From an uncultured Planctomycetia bacterium (GTDB lineage: Bacteria > Omnitrophota > Gorgyraeia > 1-14-0-20-64-10), in assembly GCA_964373715.1 (NCBI GenBank), contig CAYJVR010000002.1:246937-310936 (forward strand): a stretch of 64,000 nt of DNA, given 5' to 3'. The notes under the pieces were generated by a model. It worked only from the letters and a program-made list of their open reading frames with translations. It made no database searches and had not been told where the DNA came from. The translations under genes were made by a program, and so were the position numbers. Numbering within the stretch: the stretch's first letter is position 1; each line of letters starts with the position of its first letter. Of this stretch, positions 27,860 to 37,044 are shown piece by piece.

Positions 27860-28788
27860 TGTCTCCATCCTCCAGGATAGCTTCCATCGGCGAGCGGGAA
27901 TTGGTCCGCCGGATCGCCCGGTGGGTGGGCGGCGGAGTGTCCGTCATCAAGGGCATCGGCGATGACTGCGCCGTCTTGAAGGGAATGGGGAACAGGCATC
28001 TCCTTTTTGCCTCCGACATGTTGGTGGAGCGTGTTCATTTTACCGGCCGCGCGGATCCTTCGGCGGTCGGCTGGAAAGCCCTGGCGGTCAACATCAGCGA
28101 CGTGGCGGCAATGGGGGGCGTCCCCCGTTACGCGGTTGTCTCCCTGGGACTTCCCCCGAAGACGCCGGTCTCGTTCGCGGAGGGTTTTTACCGGGGGCTT
28201 CTCCGGTGCGGGCGCCGGTTCGGCGTCCGGATCGTCGGCGGGGACACCGGCAGGTCCCAGCGGATCGTTATAGACGTGGCCATCTTGGGAGAAGCGAAAA
28301 AGTCCGATCTGGTTTACAGATCGGGGGCGCGCCTCGGCGATCAGCTTTTGGTGACCGGCAGGCTCGGCGGTTCTTTTGAAACAGGACGGCACCTGAGATT
28401 CACTCCCCGCCTGAAGGAAGCCCGCGCGTTGGTGGAATCATGGAAGTTGAGCGCGATGATGGATCTCTCCGACGGTTTGAAGACCGACTTGGACCGGTTG
28501 TGCGAGGCCAGCGGCGTTGGAGCCAGGATTTACGCCGCGCAGATCCCGGCCCGCAAGGGCTGTTCGCTCACGCAAGCATTGACGGACGGGGAGGATTTCG
28601 AGCTGTTGATCGCTATTTCCGGAAGGCAGGCGCCGCGCCTCATCCAGTGGGCGGATAGGCGGATTTTCTGCGGGTTGACCCGGATCGGAGAGGTCACCCC
28701 GCGCCGGAAGGGAAGCCGCGTCCGGATGGTCGCCCTCGACGGGACGGAGCGGCCGCTTCCCGCCGGAGGGTTTGAGCATTTCGCATGA
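27856..28788 (+). CDS. thiL: thiamine-monophosphate kinase
   Basis: AIR-synthase-related fold, GDDCAVL...LFASDMLVERVHF N-terminal signature. Confidence 0.8.
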   Translation: MMSPSSRIASIGERELVRRIARWVGGGVSVIKGIGDDCAVLKGMGNRHLLFASDMLVERVHFTGRADPSAVGWKALAVNISDVAAMGGVPRYAVVSLGLPPKTPVSFAEGFYRGLLRCGRRFGVRIVGGDTGRSQRIVIDVAILGEAKKSDLVYRSGARLGDQLLVTGRLGGSFETGRHLRFTPRLKEARALVESWKLSAMMDLSDGLKTDLDRLCEASGVGARIYAAQIPARKGCSLTQALTDGEDFELLIAISGRQAPRLIQWADRRIFCGLTRIGEVTPRRKGSRVRMVALDGTERPLPAGGFEHFA

Positions 28789-29264
28789 AGAGAAAACAGG
28801 TTTCAGCCATCAGGACAACTTCAGCCGCGCAGACCCGGCGGCTCGGTGCGAAACTAGCGACGATCCTTCAGCCGGGAGATGTTCTCGCTTTGGTCGGAGA
28901 GATCGGCGCGGGCAAGACCCATTTCGTCCAGGGGATTGCCCGGGGGTTGGGAGTTCCGCCGGGTTCGGTCGCCAGCCCCTCCTTTGTCCTCGTGAAAGTT
29001 TACCGGGGGAGGATGCCTGTCTTTCACGCTGACCTTTTCCGTTTGGAACGGGCGCCGGAGGCATACAGCGTCGGATTGGAAGAATGTTACGACCAGCAGG
29101 GTGTCACCGTGATCGAATGGGCGAACAGGATTCCGGATGTTTTGCCGGAAGAGTTCCTGGAGGTCCGGTTCACCGTGGTGAATCGGACCTCCCGCGGGAT
29201 CGAATTTCTGCCTCAGGGAAAACGGTATGAAGAACGGAACTGGGAAAAAATTAATCGCCGTTGA
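28785..29264 (+). CDS. tsaE: tRNA threonylcarbamoyladenosine biosynthesis protein TsaE (YjeE ATPase)
   Basis: P-loop GEIGAGKTHFVQGIARGLG, ~160 aa. Confidence 0.8.
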   Translation: MKRKQVSAIRTTSAAQTRRLGAKLATILQPGDVLALVGEIGAGKTHFVQGIARGLGVPPGSVASPSFVLVKVYRGRMPVFHADLFRLERAPEAYSVGLEECYDQQGVTVIEWANRIPDVLPEEFLEVRFTVVNRTSRGIEFLPQGKRYEERNWEKINRR

Positions 29265-29922
29265 AACCTCATCCTCCGCCTTCTCCGTGGCTGCCTGTGC
29301 GGGAGGGCGGATAGCGGCCGACTTAAGGGCCGAGGGATTGGGGCGCCCCTCCACGCTGCTGGCCGACATGATCCAGCAGGCGGCGAAGGAGGGGGGATTT
29401 GCCCTGGCCGAGACGGCCGGCTTCGCCGTTTCGATCGGCCCCGGCTCATTCACCGGCTTACGGGTCGGCGTGACGACCGTCAAGACGCTTGCCTGGGCGC
29501 TGAAAAAACCGGTCCTGCCGGTCTCCAGCCTCGAAGTGATCGCCCATAATGCGGCGGGCCCGTGCGAACATGCCTGTATTTTCGTGGATGCGAGAAAAAA
29601 CAAGGTATACACTGCCTCTTTTTCGGCCGGTCCGGACGGGTCGGTGAATCGTTTAAGCAAAGACCTCCTGGGTCTCCCGGAAGAGGCGCTGAAAAAACTT
29701 CCGCCCGGCGCGCTGATTGTTGGGGACGGCATCCGGCGCTATCAGGAGCTTATCCGCTCGATGGAGGGAAAAGGGTTTCTGCTCGCTCCAGAGAGCGCTT
29801 GGGTTCCTTTAGCGGTGTCGGTTTGCCGGATCGCTCTTTCCCGGTGGCCCGCCGGCATTCTGGACGACCCGCATCCTCTTGTGCCACAATATCTCTATTC
29901 AAAAGAGGGAGATATCGCGTGA
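29227..29922 (+). CDS. tsaB: tRNA threonylcarbamoyladenosine biosynthesis protein TsaB (YeaZ)
   Basis: LIAVETSS N-terminal ASKHA fold without the TsaD metal ligands. Positioned between tsaE and alr. Confidence 0.8.
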   Translation: MKNGTGKKLIAVETSSSAFSVAACAGGRIAADLRAEGLGRPSTLLADMIQQAAKEGGFALAETAGFAVSIGPGSFTGLRVGVTTVKTLAWALKKPVLPVSSLEVIAHNAAGPCEHACIFVDARKNKVYTASFSAGPDGSVNRLSKDLLGLPEEALKKLPPGALIVGDGIRRYQELIRSMEGKGFLLAPESAWVPLAVSVCRIALSRWPAGILDDPHPLVPQYLYSKEGDIA

Positions 29923-31088
29923 TAGGTGAAAAAACAGTAACTGATTCTCGGCCGGTAGCGTTCGATGCCACTCTGGCCTCCACGCCGGTCTGGATCGAGG
30001 TTGACCTCTCCGCGATAAAGCAGAACCTCATGGAGATCCGGCGGTTTGTCGGTCCGCGGGTGAAGATTCTCTCTGTCGTTAAGGCCAACGCTTACGGGCA
30101 CGGGCTGGTGCCGGTGGCCCGGGCACTGGCTGACGCGGGCGCCGATCTTCTGGCCGTTGCCAGCGTTCTCGAAGGGCTCAAACTTCGCGAACAAGGTATT
30201 GAAGGGAAGATCCTTGTTTTGGGCCAATTGCTTCCCGAAGAAGCCCCGTTGGTGGTTCAGCACCGCCTGACGCAGGCGATCGGAGATGAGCAGTCGGCCT
30301 TCAGTTTAAGCGAAGCGGCGGCCGAGTTGGATCTGCCGACGGATGTCCATCTCAAGGTGGATACCGGCATGGGCCGCTATGGTGTTTGGTGGGAGGAGGC
30401 GGCTTCTTTAACCCGGCAGGTTGTGCAGATGCCGGGTTTGAGAATGGGGGGGATACTGACCCACCTAGCGATGGCCGGGCAGAATACCGATGCCACGCAG
30501 GACCAGCTGGAGCGGTTTAAACTAGTAGTCCGGGAACTGGAACAGAAGAATCTTCCGGCCGGCTTGCGCCATGTGGCCAACAGCGTCGGTCTGCTGAAAT
30601 TTTCCGAATCGCATTGGGACCTCGTCCGCACAGGCCTTCTCGTTTACGGTGCTTCTCCGCTGAAAGAGGATGTCCAGAAACCTTTTCCTTTGAAGCCGGC
30701 CCTTTCCTTGAAAAGCCGGATCCGTTTTCTGAAGACGGTCCCGGCCGGCCGGGGCATCAGCTACGGCGGCACCTATCAGGCCTCGCGGCCGACCACAGTG
30801 GCCACGATCCCGCTGGGCTACGCGCATGGTTATCCGCGGGCCCTTTCCAACCGGGCGCAGGCGTTGGTGCGCGGCGCGCGGGTTCAGGTGATCGGCAAGA
30901 TCACGATGGAGGACCTGATGCTCGATGTGACCGACGTTCCCGGCGTGTCGATCGGCGATGAGGTGGTGTTGATCGGCAGACAGGGGAGCGAGCAGATTAC
31001 GGCCGAAGAGCTGGCCCGTCTGGCCCGAACGATCCCCTACGAAATCCTCGCCGGGCTCTCCCACGGCATCCCCCGCCGGTATTTTTAG
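29919..31088 (+). CDS. alr: alanine racemase
   Basis: PLP-Lys motif VVKANAYGHG. Probable GTG start at 29919; the ORF-track extension back to 29562 overlaps tsaB and is rejected. Confidence 0.85.
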   Translation: MIGEKTVTDSRPVAFDATLASTPVWIEVDLSAIKQNLMEIRRFVGPRVKILSVVKANAYGHGLVPVARALADAGADLLAVASVLEGLKLREQGIEGKILVLGQLLPEEAPLVVQHRLTQAIGDEQSAFSLSEAAAELDLPTDVHLKVDTGMGRYGVWWEEAASLTRQVVQMPGLRMGGILTHLAMAGQNTDATQDQLERFKLVVRELEQKNLPAGLRHVANSVGLLKFSESHWDLVRTGLLVYGASPLKEDVQKPFPLKPALSLKSRIRFLKTVPAGRGISYGGTYQASRPTTVATIPLGYAHGYPRALSNRAQALVRGARVQVIGKITMEDLMLDVTDVPGVSIGDEVVLIGRQGSEQITAEELARLARTIPYEILAGLSHGIPRRYF

Positions 31089-31098
31089 CCTCCAGCTG

Positions 31099-31271
31099 TT
31101 ATTGCGAGGAGCTTCAGTTTGCCAGTTCGCGTGTTTGCCGGTTCGCCAGTTAACCGGCAAACTCGTAAACCCACTAACCGGCAAACCCGTAAGTTGGTTT
31201 TCCATGAGATTGCTGCGCCTTGCTATCCTCCGGAGGCGGACCCGCCTCCGGGGGTGCTCGGCTCGCAATGG
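31099..31271. mobile_element. MITE-like element, copy C (~173 bp)
   Basis: Ends ATTGCGAGGAG ... CTCGCAATGG (8-bp perfect inverted core). Internal CATGAGATTGC module (inverted relative to copy B), GTTTGCCGG/CCGGCAAAC hairpin iterons, and CCCGTAAGTTG, which is the exact reverse complement of CAACTTACGGG in copy B. Confidence 0.6.
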
Positions 31272-31391
31272 CGCTTCTTTTCTGTTCTTACGAGGAATTC
31301 ACGTTAGTTAATAGAGATCGAATCTTAATATATTATTGGATTTCCCGTTTATACTCAGGTAAACTTCATTCTTACACCCTGCGGTAAACCT

Positions 31392-34300
31392 ATGAAAAGA
31401 AAAGCGTTCCTAAATCAATTCGATGCCTTTTTGCTCATCCTCAGCATGGGTCTGCCTTCGCCGGCCTTTGCTCTGCCTCTGTCCCAGGGAAGAGAGGAGG
31501 CGGCACCCGGTTCTTCTGAGCTCCGGCCGGTGAGTTTGGAGGAGGGGAACCCGGTTCTCCGGAAGCAGGTTCAGAAGGCGGTAGGGCTGGAAGAATCTCC
31601 GTCTTCAGAATTCCCTTCCACCTCTGAGGAATTCCGCAGGGAAGTGGCTCACCAGGAAAAAGAAGAAAGAATCGCCACGCTTCAGCTGTTGGACCAAGAA
31701 CTGCGGGCTGACCTCGAAAAACCGATTAGCCAGAGAAGGGTCCGGCCGATGTACATCCGGCAGATGGCCTACCGGAAACAACGGGGGGATGAGAACCATC
31801 CCCACCATGTCGGCGTTATGATCAGCTATTCCCCGGTAGAAGACCCGATAGGTTTTCTCCCCTTAAGGAACGTTATTATTGATCGGGACCGCCACGTCCG
31901 GGTCGGTGTGAAGATCCATTACCTTCAGGAGCTGATGGATCACCAGGAGCCGATCCCGCTCATCGTCCAGAGGACCGGGATGTCGTACAAACCGGGCAAA
32001 CATTTAGATTTTGTCTTCATAGCGTCCCGGCCGGTGACTGCGCGCGACATCAAAGGCCGGCAGCACATCCTCGATGAAAGGGCCAGCGGTTTAGATGACG
32101 CGGGTTTGGAGGAGGACGCCCAGCTGGTTCAGATGGGTGAGCAGGAGATCGGGCGCTACCAGTGGATCGGACGGGAGATCATGAGGAGCACGGGGATGGA
32201 TCCCCGCAGCAAGGCGGAAGCGGTCCAGATGATCCAGGACCGGCCGGAGGAGGATGTCCGGTGGCTTGATTTGGAGCGGATACAAATAGACAGGCTTTCC
32301 AGCCGGGCGGCCCGCGACAGCCATACCCAGCTGGCGATTTACATCAGAGACTGGGATAAAGACCAGGTGTTGAACCTCTTCCGGATCGCGGAGCCCGATT
32401 CCACGGCCACGGCGGTCCTTGAGATTGTGGCCGCTGACACGATCCCGGACCGGCTGGCTGTTGACGGCATTGTCCGGATGCAGGCCGTGATCGAGCCGGA
32501 CGGGCGCCTAGTTCTTTTCCTCTGGACCAGCAAGAAGACACGGTTTTCCTCACGCCTGCCGGCGGCTCTTGCTGTGGCCGCCGCGGTGATGAAGGGGGAT
32601 TCCGAGCATATCCTAGTTATCCCGGCTGTGCCGGAAACCGGACCGATTCGGATCGGCAGGAGGGAAATCGCCCTCTTCGAGAAGATCATCCATGGGATCG
32701 CGGCAACGGCAGGGTTTGATGTGCGGTTTCCTGAGGAGGCCAAACGGCTTTTCCAGAAGGAGCCGGAGAATGAGGTGGTTTGGTTCCAGTCGGACGACGT
32801 TCGGATCCACCGGCTGCCGTTGGACCAGAAGAGTGGGCAATATCTCGCCGTCTCTTTCTCCGCTGGGAAATGGGATAAAACGCAGGTGCGTTCCCTCTTT
32901 GGGATCGTTTCCCCGGGCACGACAAGAGAGGCATGGATCCAGGTTGAGACGGCGGACGACGTGCAGATCTCTGTGGATATCTTCGGTGCCGGCTGGTACG
33001 AGGCCCACGTTGAATCGGATGGGAGGCTGATCCTCATCGGGAAGAGCAAATATTTCCCGTTAATCCATGAACGTCTGCCGGTAGATATCGCGGTGATTTC
33101 CTCTTTGATGAAAACGCCCGGCGAGTCTGGCCTCGAGGAGACGAAAGTCTGGATGGGCGAATACCTCCAGCGTTTCCTCAACACCCTCTCGAGCACCGTT
33201 TATCTGGAGCCGCAGCCGGATGGCACCGTGAGGGCCCGCTACCAGATGAACCCCCGTGCTCTGGAACGGATTTTCCCGGGGCCGGACCCGCTCGGAACAC
33301 AAACAGCTCTCGCGTTGCGGTTCAGCGAACTGCAAGTGGCCGCTGCGGGGGCGGGACAGATCCTGCCGGAGGGGTTGGCCCATCTGCAGATGCTCCGGGA
33401 TTTCATCCGAAGCTCGGAGCAGGGCAAAACCCGCCAGCAGATAGAGTTTCTCCGGAACGCAGATTTTACGACGGCCCGCCTGCTTATCGACATCGGCCGG
33501 GTGACCGAGAGGCCCGAAAAGTTTACTTTCGCTGCGCTTGAAAACGTCCTCGATTTGGATCCCCAGACCGGGCGAATCCGGGTCCCGCAGAGTTTCATCG
33601 ACTGGTCTTTGGTCCTGCACCGGGCCTACCCCACCGCGGGGCTTATGACCGAGATCGAGATCAACGATCTTGCGGACGACTGCAGCGAATTTTTCCGAGG
33701 GGCGCTTGTCGCCGCGACCGGCCGCGAGGTTTTCGACGGGAAACCGGAAACCCTGCTGGCCGTTGCCGGCCGCCTTCGCGCCGGACTCGAGGAGGTTTTG
33801 ACTCTGGACAGGGTCCATTCCGTCGGCCATGAGTTGAGGAAAGCGCTTGCCGGCCCGGCGGCGACGATCAGCATGGGTCTGCGGATCCTCAAGGAGTTGC
33901 CTGATTATGCCGGTTTGGAGCCGGAGGCGGTGCTGAAGCAGGATGAGACGGCGAAGGCGGCGTATCGATTGATCCAACAGAATGTCTACGAGGCGGCCAA
34001 GATTAATCAGGGCTTTATTGACCCGAAAGAGGATGCCGCCCTTGCGCCTCTTCGGAATACGCTGGGGGAAGAACTGGTCGGCCCGCTGAACCTTCTCTCT
34101 AGCCTCACCGCGGTCCAGCTCGCTGAAATCGACAGGGACCGCCTGCGCGGCGACATGGAAAAACTGGAGAGGAACTTCTCCCGTTTTCTCGAAGTTCAGG
34201 AGGAGTTGGAGACGATGAGCCATGTCCGGCTGGTGGTGCAGGGAAAGCTTTTGAATGTGGCCATACGCGCCTCGGAGACCGTTCTTTTGCCGGACTGGCA

Positions 34301-34817
34301 TGATGTGGAATTATTCCCGGGCACGTACGGAAATGGGCTGGCGGGGGAGGCAGAGCATTTTCAGCAGGCAATCCGTGAATCGGCGGCCAACCGGTACCTT
34401 CTGGTTCCGGTGACTCCGCAGGGCGGGGAAGTGATCACCCTTTATCCCTACAGCGCTCCGGGTGTGACGAACGAAGCGCAGATCCGGGAATACCTGGACG
34501 CGGCGAACGCTGTTTTGGAGCCGCTGGGTGTCCGATTCGCGCTGCTGGCTCCCGCCGTGCAGGGGCAGTTCCAACAGCTTGGTTTCCTGATCACCGAGGG
34601 GGCTATTCCCGAGGGGCTGGCTCCGCCCGGTTACACGACGGTGGAATCCAGCCGCCTGTCGCCCGACCCTGCAGCCGGTTATTCCCCCGCTTTAGTGGCC
34701 GCCAAAATCCTCCATCCCAAGCTGTCTTGGGAGTTCCTCAAGCAGTACCAACTGAAGGCGCTTCTTCTTCTCGAAGATAAGCTGACCAGCGCCCGCTATC
34801 TCGCCATCCTCGCATAA
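31392..34817 (+). CDS. large secreted hypothetical protein (1141 aa) with an internal ~80-aa tandem domain duplication
   Basis: Signal peptide MKRKAFLNQFDAFLLILSMGLPSPAFA. Duplicated segment IYIRDWDKDQVLNLFRIAEP...DGRLVLF / VSFSAGKWDKTQVRSLFGIVSP...DGRLILI. No recognisable catalytic motifs. AT-rich promoter-like DNA upstream. Confidence 0.6.
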   Translation: MKRKAFLNQFDAFLLILSMGLPSPAFALPLSQGREEAAPGSSELRPVSLEEGNPVLRKQVQKAVGLEESPSSEFPSTSEEFRREVAHQEKEERIATLQLLDQELRADLEKPISQRRVRPMYIRQMAYRKQRGDENHPHHVGVMISYSPVEDPIGFLPLRNVIIDRDRHVRVGVKIHYLQELMDHQEPIPLIVQRTGMSYKPGKHLDFVFIASRPVTARDIKGRQHILDERASGLDDAGLEEDAQLVQMGEQEIGRYQWIGREIMRSTGMDPRSKAEAVQMIQDRPEEDVRWLDLERIQIDRLSSRAARDSHTQLAIYIRDWDKDQVLNLFRIAEPDSTATAVLEIVAADTIPDRLAVDGIVRMQAVIEPDGRLVLFLWTSKKTRFSSRLPAALAVAAAVMKGDSEHILVIPAVPETGPIRIGRREIALFEKIIHGIAATAGFDVRFPEEAKRLFQKEPENEVVWFQSDDVRIHRLPLDQKSGQYLAVSFSAGKWDKTQVRSLFGIVSPGTTREAWIQVETADDVQISVDIFGAGWYEAHVESDGRLILIGKSKYFPLIHERLPVDIAVISSLMKTPGESGLEETKVWMGEYLQRFLNTLSSTVYLEPQPDGTVRARYQMNPRALERIFPGPDPLGTQTALALRFSELQVAAAGAGQILPEGLAHLQMLRDFIRSSEQGKTRQQIEFLRNADFTTARLLIDIGRVTERPEKFTFAALENVLDLDPQTGRIRVPQSFIDWSLVLHRAYPTAGLMTEIEINDLADDCSEFFRGALVAATGREVFDGKPETLLAVAGRLRAGLEEVLTLDRVHSVGHELRKALAGPAATISMGLRILKELPDYAGLEPEAVLKQDETAKAAYRLIQQNVYEAAKINQGFIDPKEDAALAPLRNTLGEELVGPLNLLSSLTAVQLAEIDRDRLRGDMEKLERNFSRFLEVQEELETMSHVRLVVQGKLLNVAIRASETVLLPDWHDVELFPGTYGNGLAGEAEHFQQAIRESAANRYLLVPVTPQGGEVITLYPYSAPGVTNEAQIREYLDAANAVLEPLGVRFALLAPAVQGQFQQLGFLITEGAIPEGLAPPGYTTVESSRLSPDPAAGYSPALVAAKILHPKLSWEFLKQYQLKALLLLEDKLTSARYLAILA

Positions 34818-34857
34818 ATTCCAGTTCTGAAACCCAGTATAAACCAGTATAAAGAGT

Positions 34858-34886
34858 TGACATCCTAAGTCTGCATGGATAATATA
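34858..34886 (+). promoter_or_regulatory. near-consensus sigma70 promoter (TTGACA-N17-TAATAT)
   Basis: TTGACA at 34858-34863, 17-nt spacer, TAATAT at 34881-34886. Preceded by direct repeat CAGTATAAA x2 at 34836-34853. Confidence 0.6.
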
Positions 34887-34898
34887 GGAAGCCTGACG

Positions 34899-34934
34899 GT
34901 GCCAGGCATCGTTGATCATGCGATGCTTGGCACT
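34899..34934 (+). promoter_or_regulatory. 35-bp near-perfect palindrome in the 5' UTR (candidate operator or mRNA stem-loop)
   Basis: GTGCCAGGCATCG-TTGATCATG-CGATGCTTGGCAC: 13-bp arms with one mismatch around a TGATCA centre. Sits between the -10 element and the RBS (AAGGAGG at 34946). Confidence 0.55.
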
Positions 34935-34955
34935 TTGCTTGTCTAAGGAGGAGTT

Positions 34956-35168
34956 ATGGTTACAGATGTTATGACGGTTTCTGAAGTGGCGGAGTACCTA
35001 CGGGTGAATCCGCAGACCGTTTACCGGCAGGCCAAGAGCGGCCAACTGCCGGCCGTCCGGATCGGACGGGCCATCCGGTTCCGGCGGTCTGAGTTGGATG
35101 CCTGGCTTAAGGGGATCAGCCTCCCCGCGCCGCTGCCGGCCCAAGAACTGACCGGGACCCGGTCATAA
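34956..35168 (+). CDS. excisionase-family helix-turn-helix DNA-binding protein (70 aa)
   Basis: MTVSEVAEYLRVNPQTVYRQAKSGQLPAVRIGRAIRFRRSELDAWL matches the Xis/MerR-like 'DNA binding domain, excisionase family' pattern. Strong RBS. Confidence 0.7.
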   Translation: MVTDVMTVSEVAEYLRVNPQTVYRQAKSGQLPAVRIGRAIRFRRSELDAWLKGISLPAPLPAQELTGTRS

Positions 35169-35185
35169 AAGTTTAGTTGGCAAAC

Positions 35186-35216
35186 CGTTCGTGCTGAGCC
35201 GGTCGAAGCACGAACG
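35186..35216 (+). terminator. perfect 10-bp stem hairpin downstream of the HTH gene
   Basis: CGTTCGTGCT-gagccggtcga-AGCACGAACG. Only a weak A/T tract follows (aagaattt). Confidence 0.35.
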
Positions 35217-35255
35217 AAGAATTTAACCTGTTTGAAGCAGAGAGAGCTTTCAACA

Positions 35256-36917
35256 ATGGCGCTGCGATCTGACGCGATTAAAAAGGGGATGGACCGTGCT
35301 CCGGCCCGGGCGATGCTCCGGGCGGTGGGCCTCAACGACGAGGATATGGAAAAGCCTTTGATCGGGGTGGCAAACACCTGGATTGAGGTGATGCCCTGCA
35401 ACATCCACCTGCGGCGGTTGTCCGAGAAGGTTAAGACCGGCATCCGGGCCGCGGGAGGAGTCCCGATCGAGTTCAATACCGTCGCTGTTTCCGACGGCAT
35501 CTCGATGGGGACCGAAGGGATGAAATGCTCCCTCGTGAGCCGCGAGGTGGTGGCCGATTCGATTGAGCTGGTGATGCGCGGCCACCTGCTGGACGGGGTG
35601 GTGGCGATTTCCGGGTGCGACAAGACGATTCCGGGCACCGTGATGGCGTTGCTTCGGCTCGACGTGCCGGGCGTGATGCTCTACGGCGGGTCGATCGCCG
35701 CGGGGCATTACGGCGGCAAGGATGTGACGATCCAGGATGTTTTCGAGGCGGTCGGTTCCTGCGCGGCCGGGAAGATGACAACGAAGGAGTTGGCCGATCT
35801 GGAGAAAGAGGCTTGTCCGGGGCCGGGCGCCTGCGGCGGGCAGTTTACCGCCAATACGATGGCGACCGCCGCCGAGATGCTGGGGATCTCCCCGATGGGC
35901 TTGAACAGCATCCCGGCGGAGGACCCGGAAAAGGACAAAGCGGCCGAGGCGGTCGGCCGGCTCGTGATGGACCTTTTGAAAAAGAAGGTGACCCCAAAGC
36001 AGATTGTCACCCGGCAAGCGCTGGAGAATGCGATCGCCTGCGTTGTGGCGACCGGCGGTTCGACCAACGGTGTCCTTCACCTTCTGGCGATCGCCAGGGA
36101 GGCCGGCGTTCCCCTTTTGATTGACGAATTCGACCGGATCAGCAGCAGGACCCCCGTGCTGGCCGACATGAAGCCGTGGGGCCGGTACACCGCCCCCGAC
36201 ATGCACCGGGCCGGCGGGGTTCGCCTGCTCGCGAAGCACCTGCTCAAGGCCGGTTTGCTCGACGGGACCGCGAAGACCGTTTCAGGCCGGACGATCGCTG
36301 AAGAGGCGGCGAAGGCTGTGGAGACGCCGAACCAGCCGGTGATTCACGCGCCGGATAAACCGCTGAAAGCCACAGGCGGTTTGGTGATCCTGCGCGGCAG
36401 TCTCGCTCCGGAGGGGTGCGTGCTGAAGGTGGCGGGGCAAAGCAAACTGGAGCATAAAGGCCCGGCCCGTGTTTTCGATACCGAGGAGGAGGCCTTCGCC
36501 GCTGTCGAGGCCGGAAAGATCAGGCCGAATGATGTGATGGTGATCCGCTATGAGGGGCCGAAAGGGGGCCCCGGCATGCGGGAGATGCTGGCTGTGACCG
36601 CGGCGCTCGTTGGGCAGGGTCTCGGCGCGTCGGTTGCTTTGCTGACCGACGGCCGGTTTTCTGGGGCGACGCACGGCTTCATGGCGGGGCACGTGGCGCC
36701 CGAAGCTGCCGTGGGAGGCCCGATCGCCGCGGTAAAGGACGGAGACACAATCCACTTTGACGTGAAAGGCAGGCGGCTGGAGCTGGAGATATCGGATGCT
36801 GAGATGGAAAGCCGCTTAAAGAGCTGGAAGGCGCCGGTACCCCGCTATACCAGCGGAGTGATGGCGAAGTACGCCAAGTTGGTCGGTTCGGCCAGCGAGG
36901 GGGCGGTGTTGTCGTGA
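35256..36917 (+). CDS. ilvD: dihydroxy-acid dehydratase
   Basis: ILVD/EDD signatures (CDKTIPG, Fe-S Cys ligands, SGATHG...). Start at ATG 35256 ([11 protein letters not shown]). Confidence 0.9.
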   Translation: MALRSDAIKKGMDRAPARAMLRAVGLNDEDMEKPLIGVANTWIEVMPCNIHLRRLSEKVKTGIRAAGGVPIEFNTVAVSDGISMGTEGMKCSLVSREVVADSIELVMRGHLLDGVVAISGCDKTIPGTVMALLRLDVPGVMLYGGSIAAGHYGGKDVTIQDVFEAVGSCAAGKMTTKELADLEKEACPGPGACGGQFTANTMATAAEMLGISPMGLNSIPAEDPEKDKAAEAVGRLVMDLLKKKVTPKQIVTRQALENAIACVVATGGSTNGVLHLLAIAREAGVPLLIDEFDRISSRTPVLADMKPWGRYTAPDMHRAGGVRLLAKHLLKAGLLDGTAKTVSGRTIAEEAAKAVETPNQPVIHAPDKPLKATGGLVILRGSLAPEGCVLKVAGQSKLEHKGPARVFDTEEEAFAAVEAGKIRPNDVMVIRYEGPKGGPGMREMLAVTAALVGQGLGASVALLTDGRFSGATHGFMAGHVAPEAAVGGPIAAVKDGDTIHFDVKGRRLELEISDAEMESRLKSWKAPVPRYTSGVMAKYAKLVGSASEGAVLS

Positions 36918-37044
36918 ATGGTTTACATGTGAAAAGCCACAAGGACCTAACAACCGAACCGGCTGGTTTCAAGCTGGCGCTTGAAGCTGGCTGCTCGGTG
37001 CCGAGAGGCAGGGACTTGGACGGCAAATCCAAGGAGAAGATAAG

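Noticed and set aside
29562-29918. N-terminal 119-aa extension of the alr ORF in the six-frame track.
   Set aside because: It overlaps tsaB in another frame, and the alanine racemase domain begins at the GTG at 29919. The extension is Arg/Gly-rich with no homology signal.
36918-37044. Possible leader or attenuator between ilvD and ilvB (AAGCTGGC direct repeat).
   Set aside because: There is no leader peptide rich in Ile/Val/Leu codons and no convincing terminator/antiterminator pair; it is probably just an intergenic spacer.
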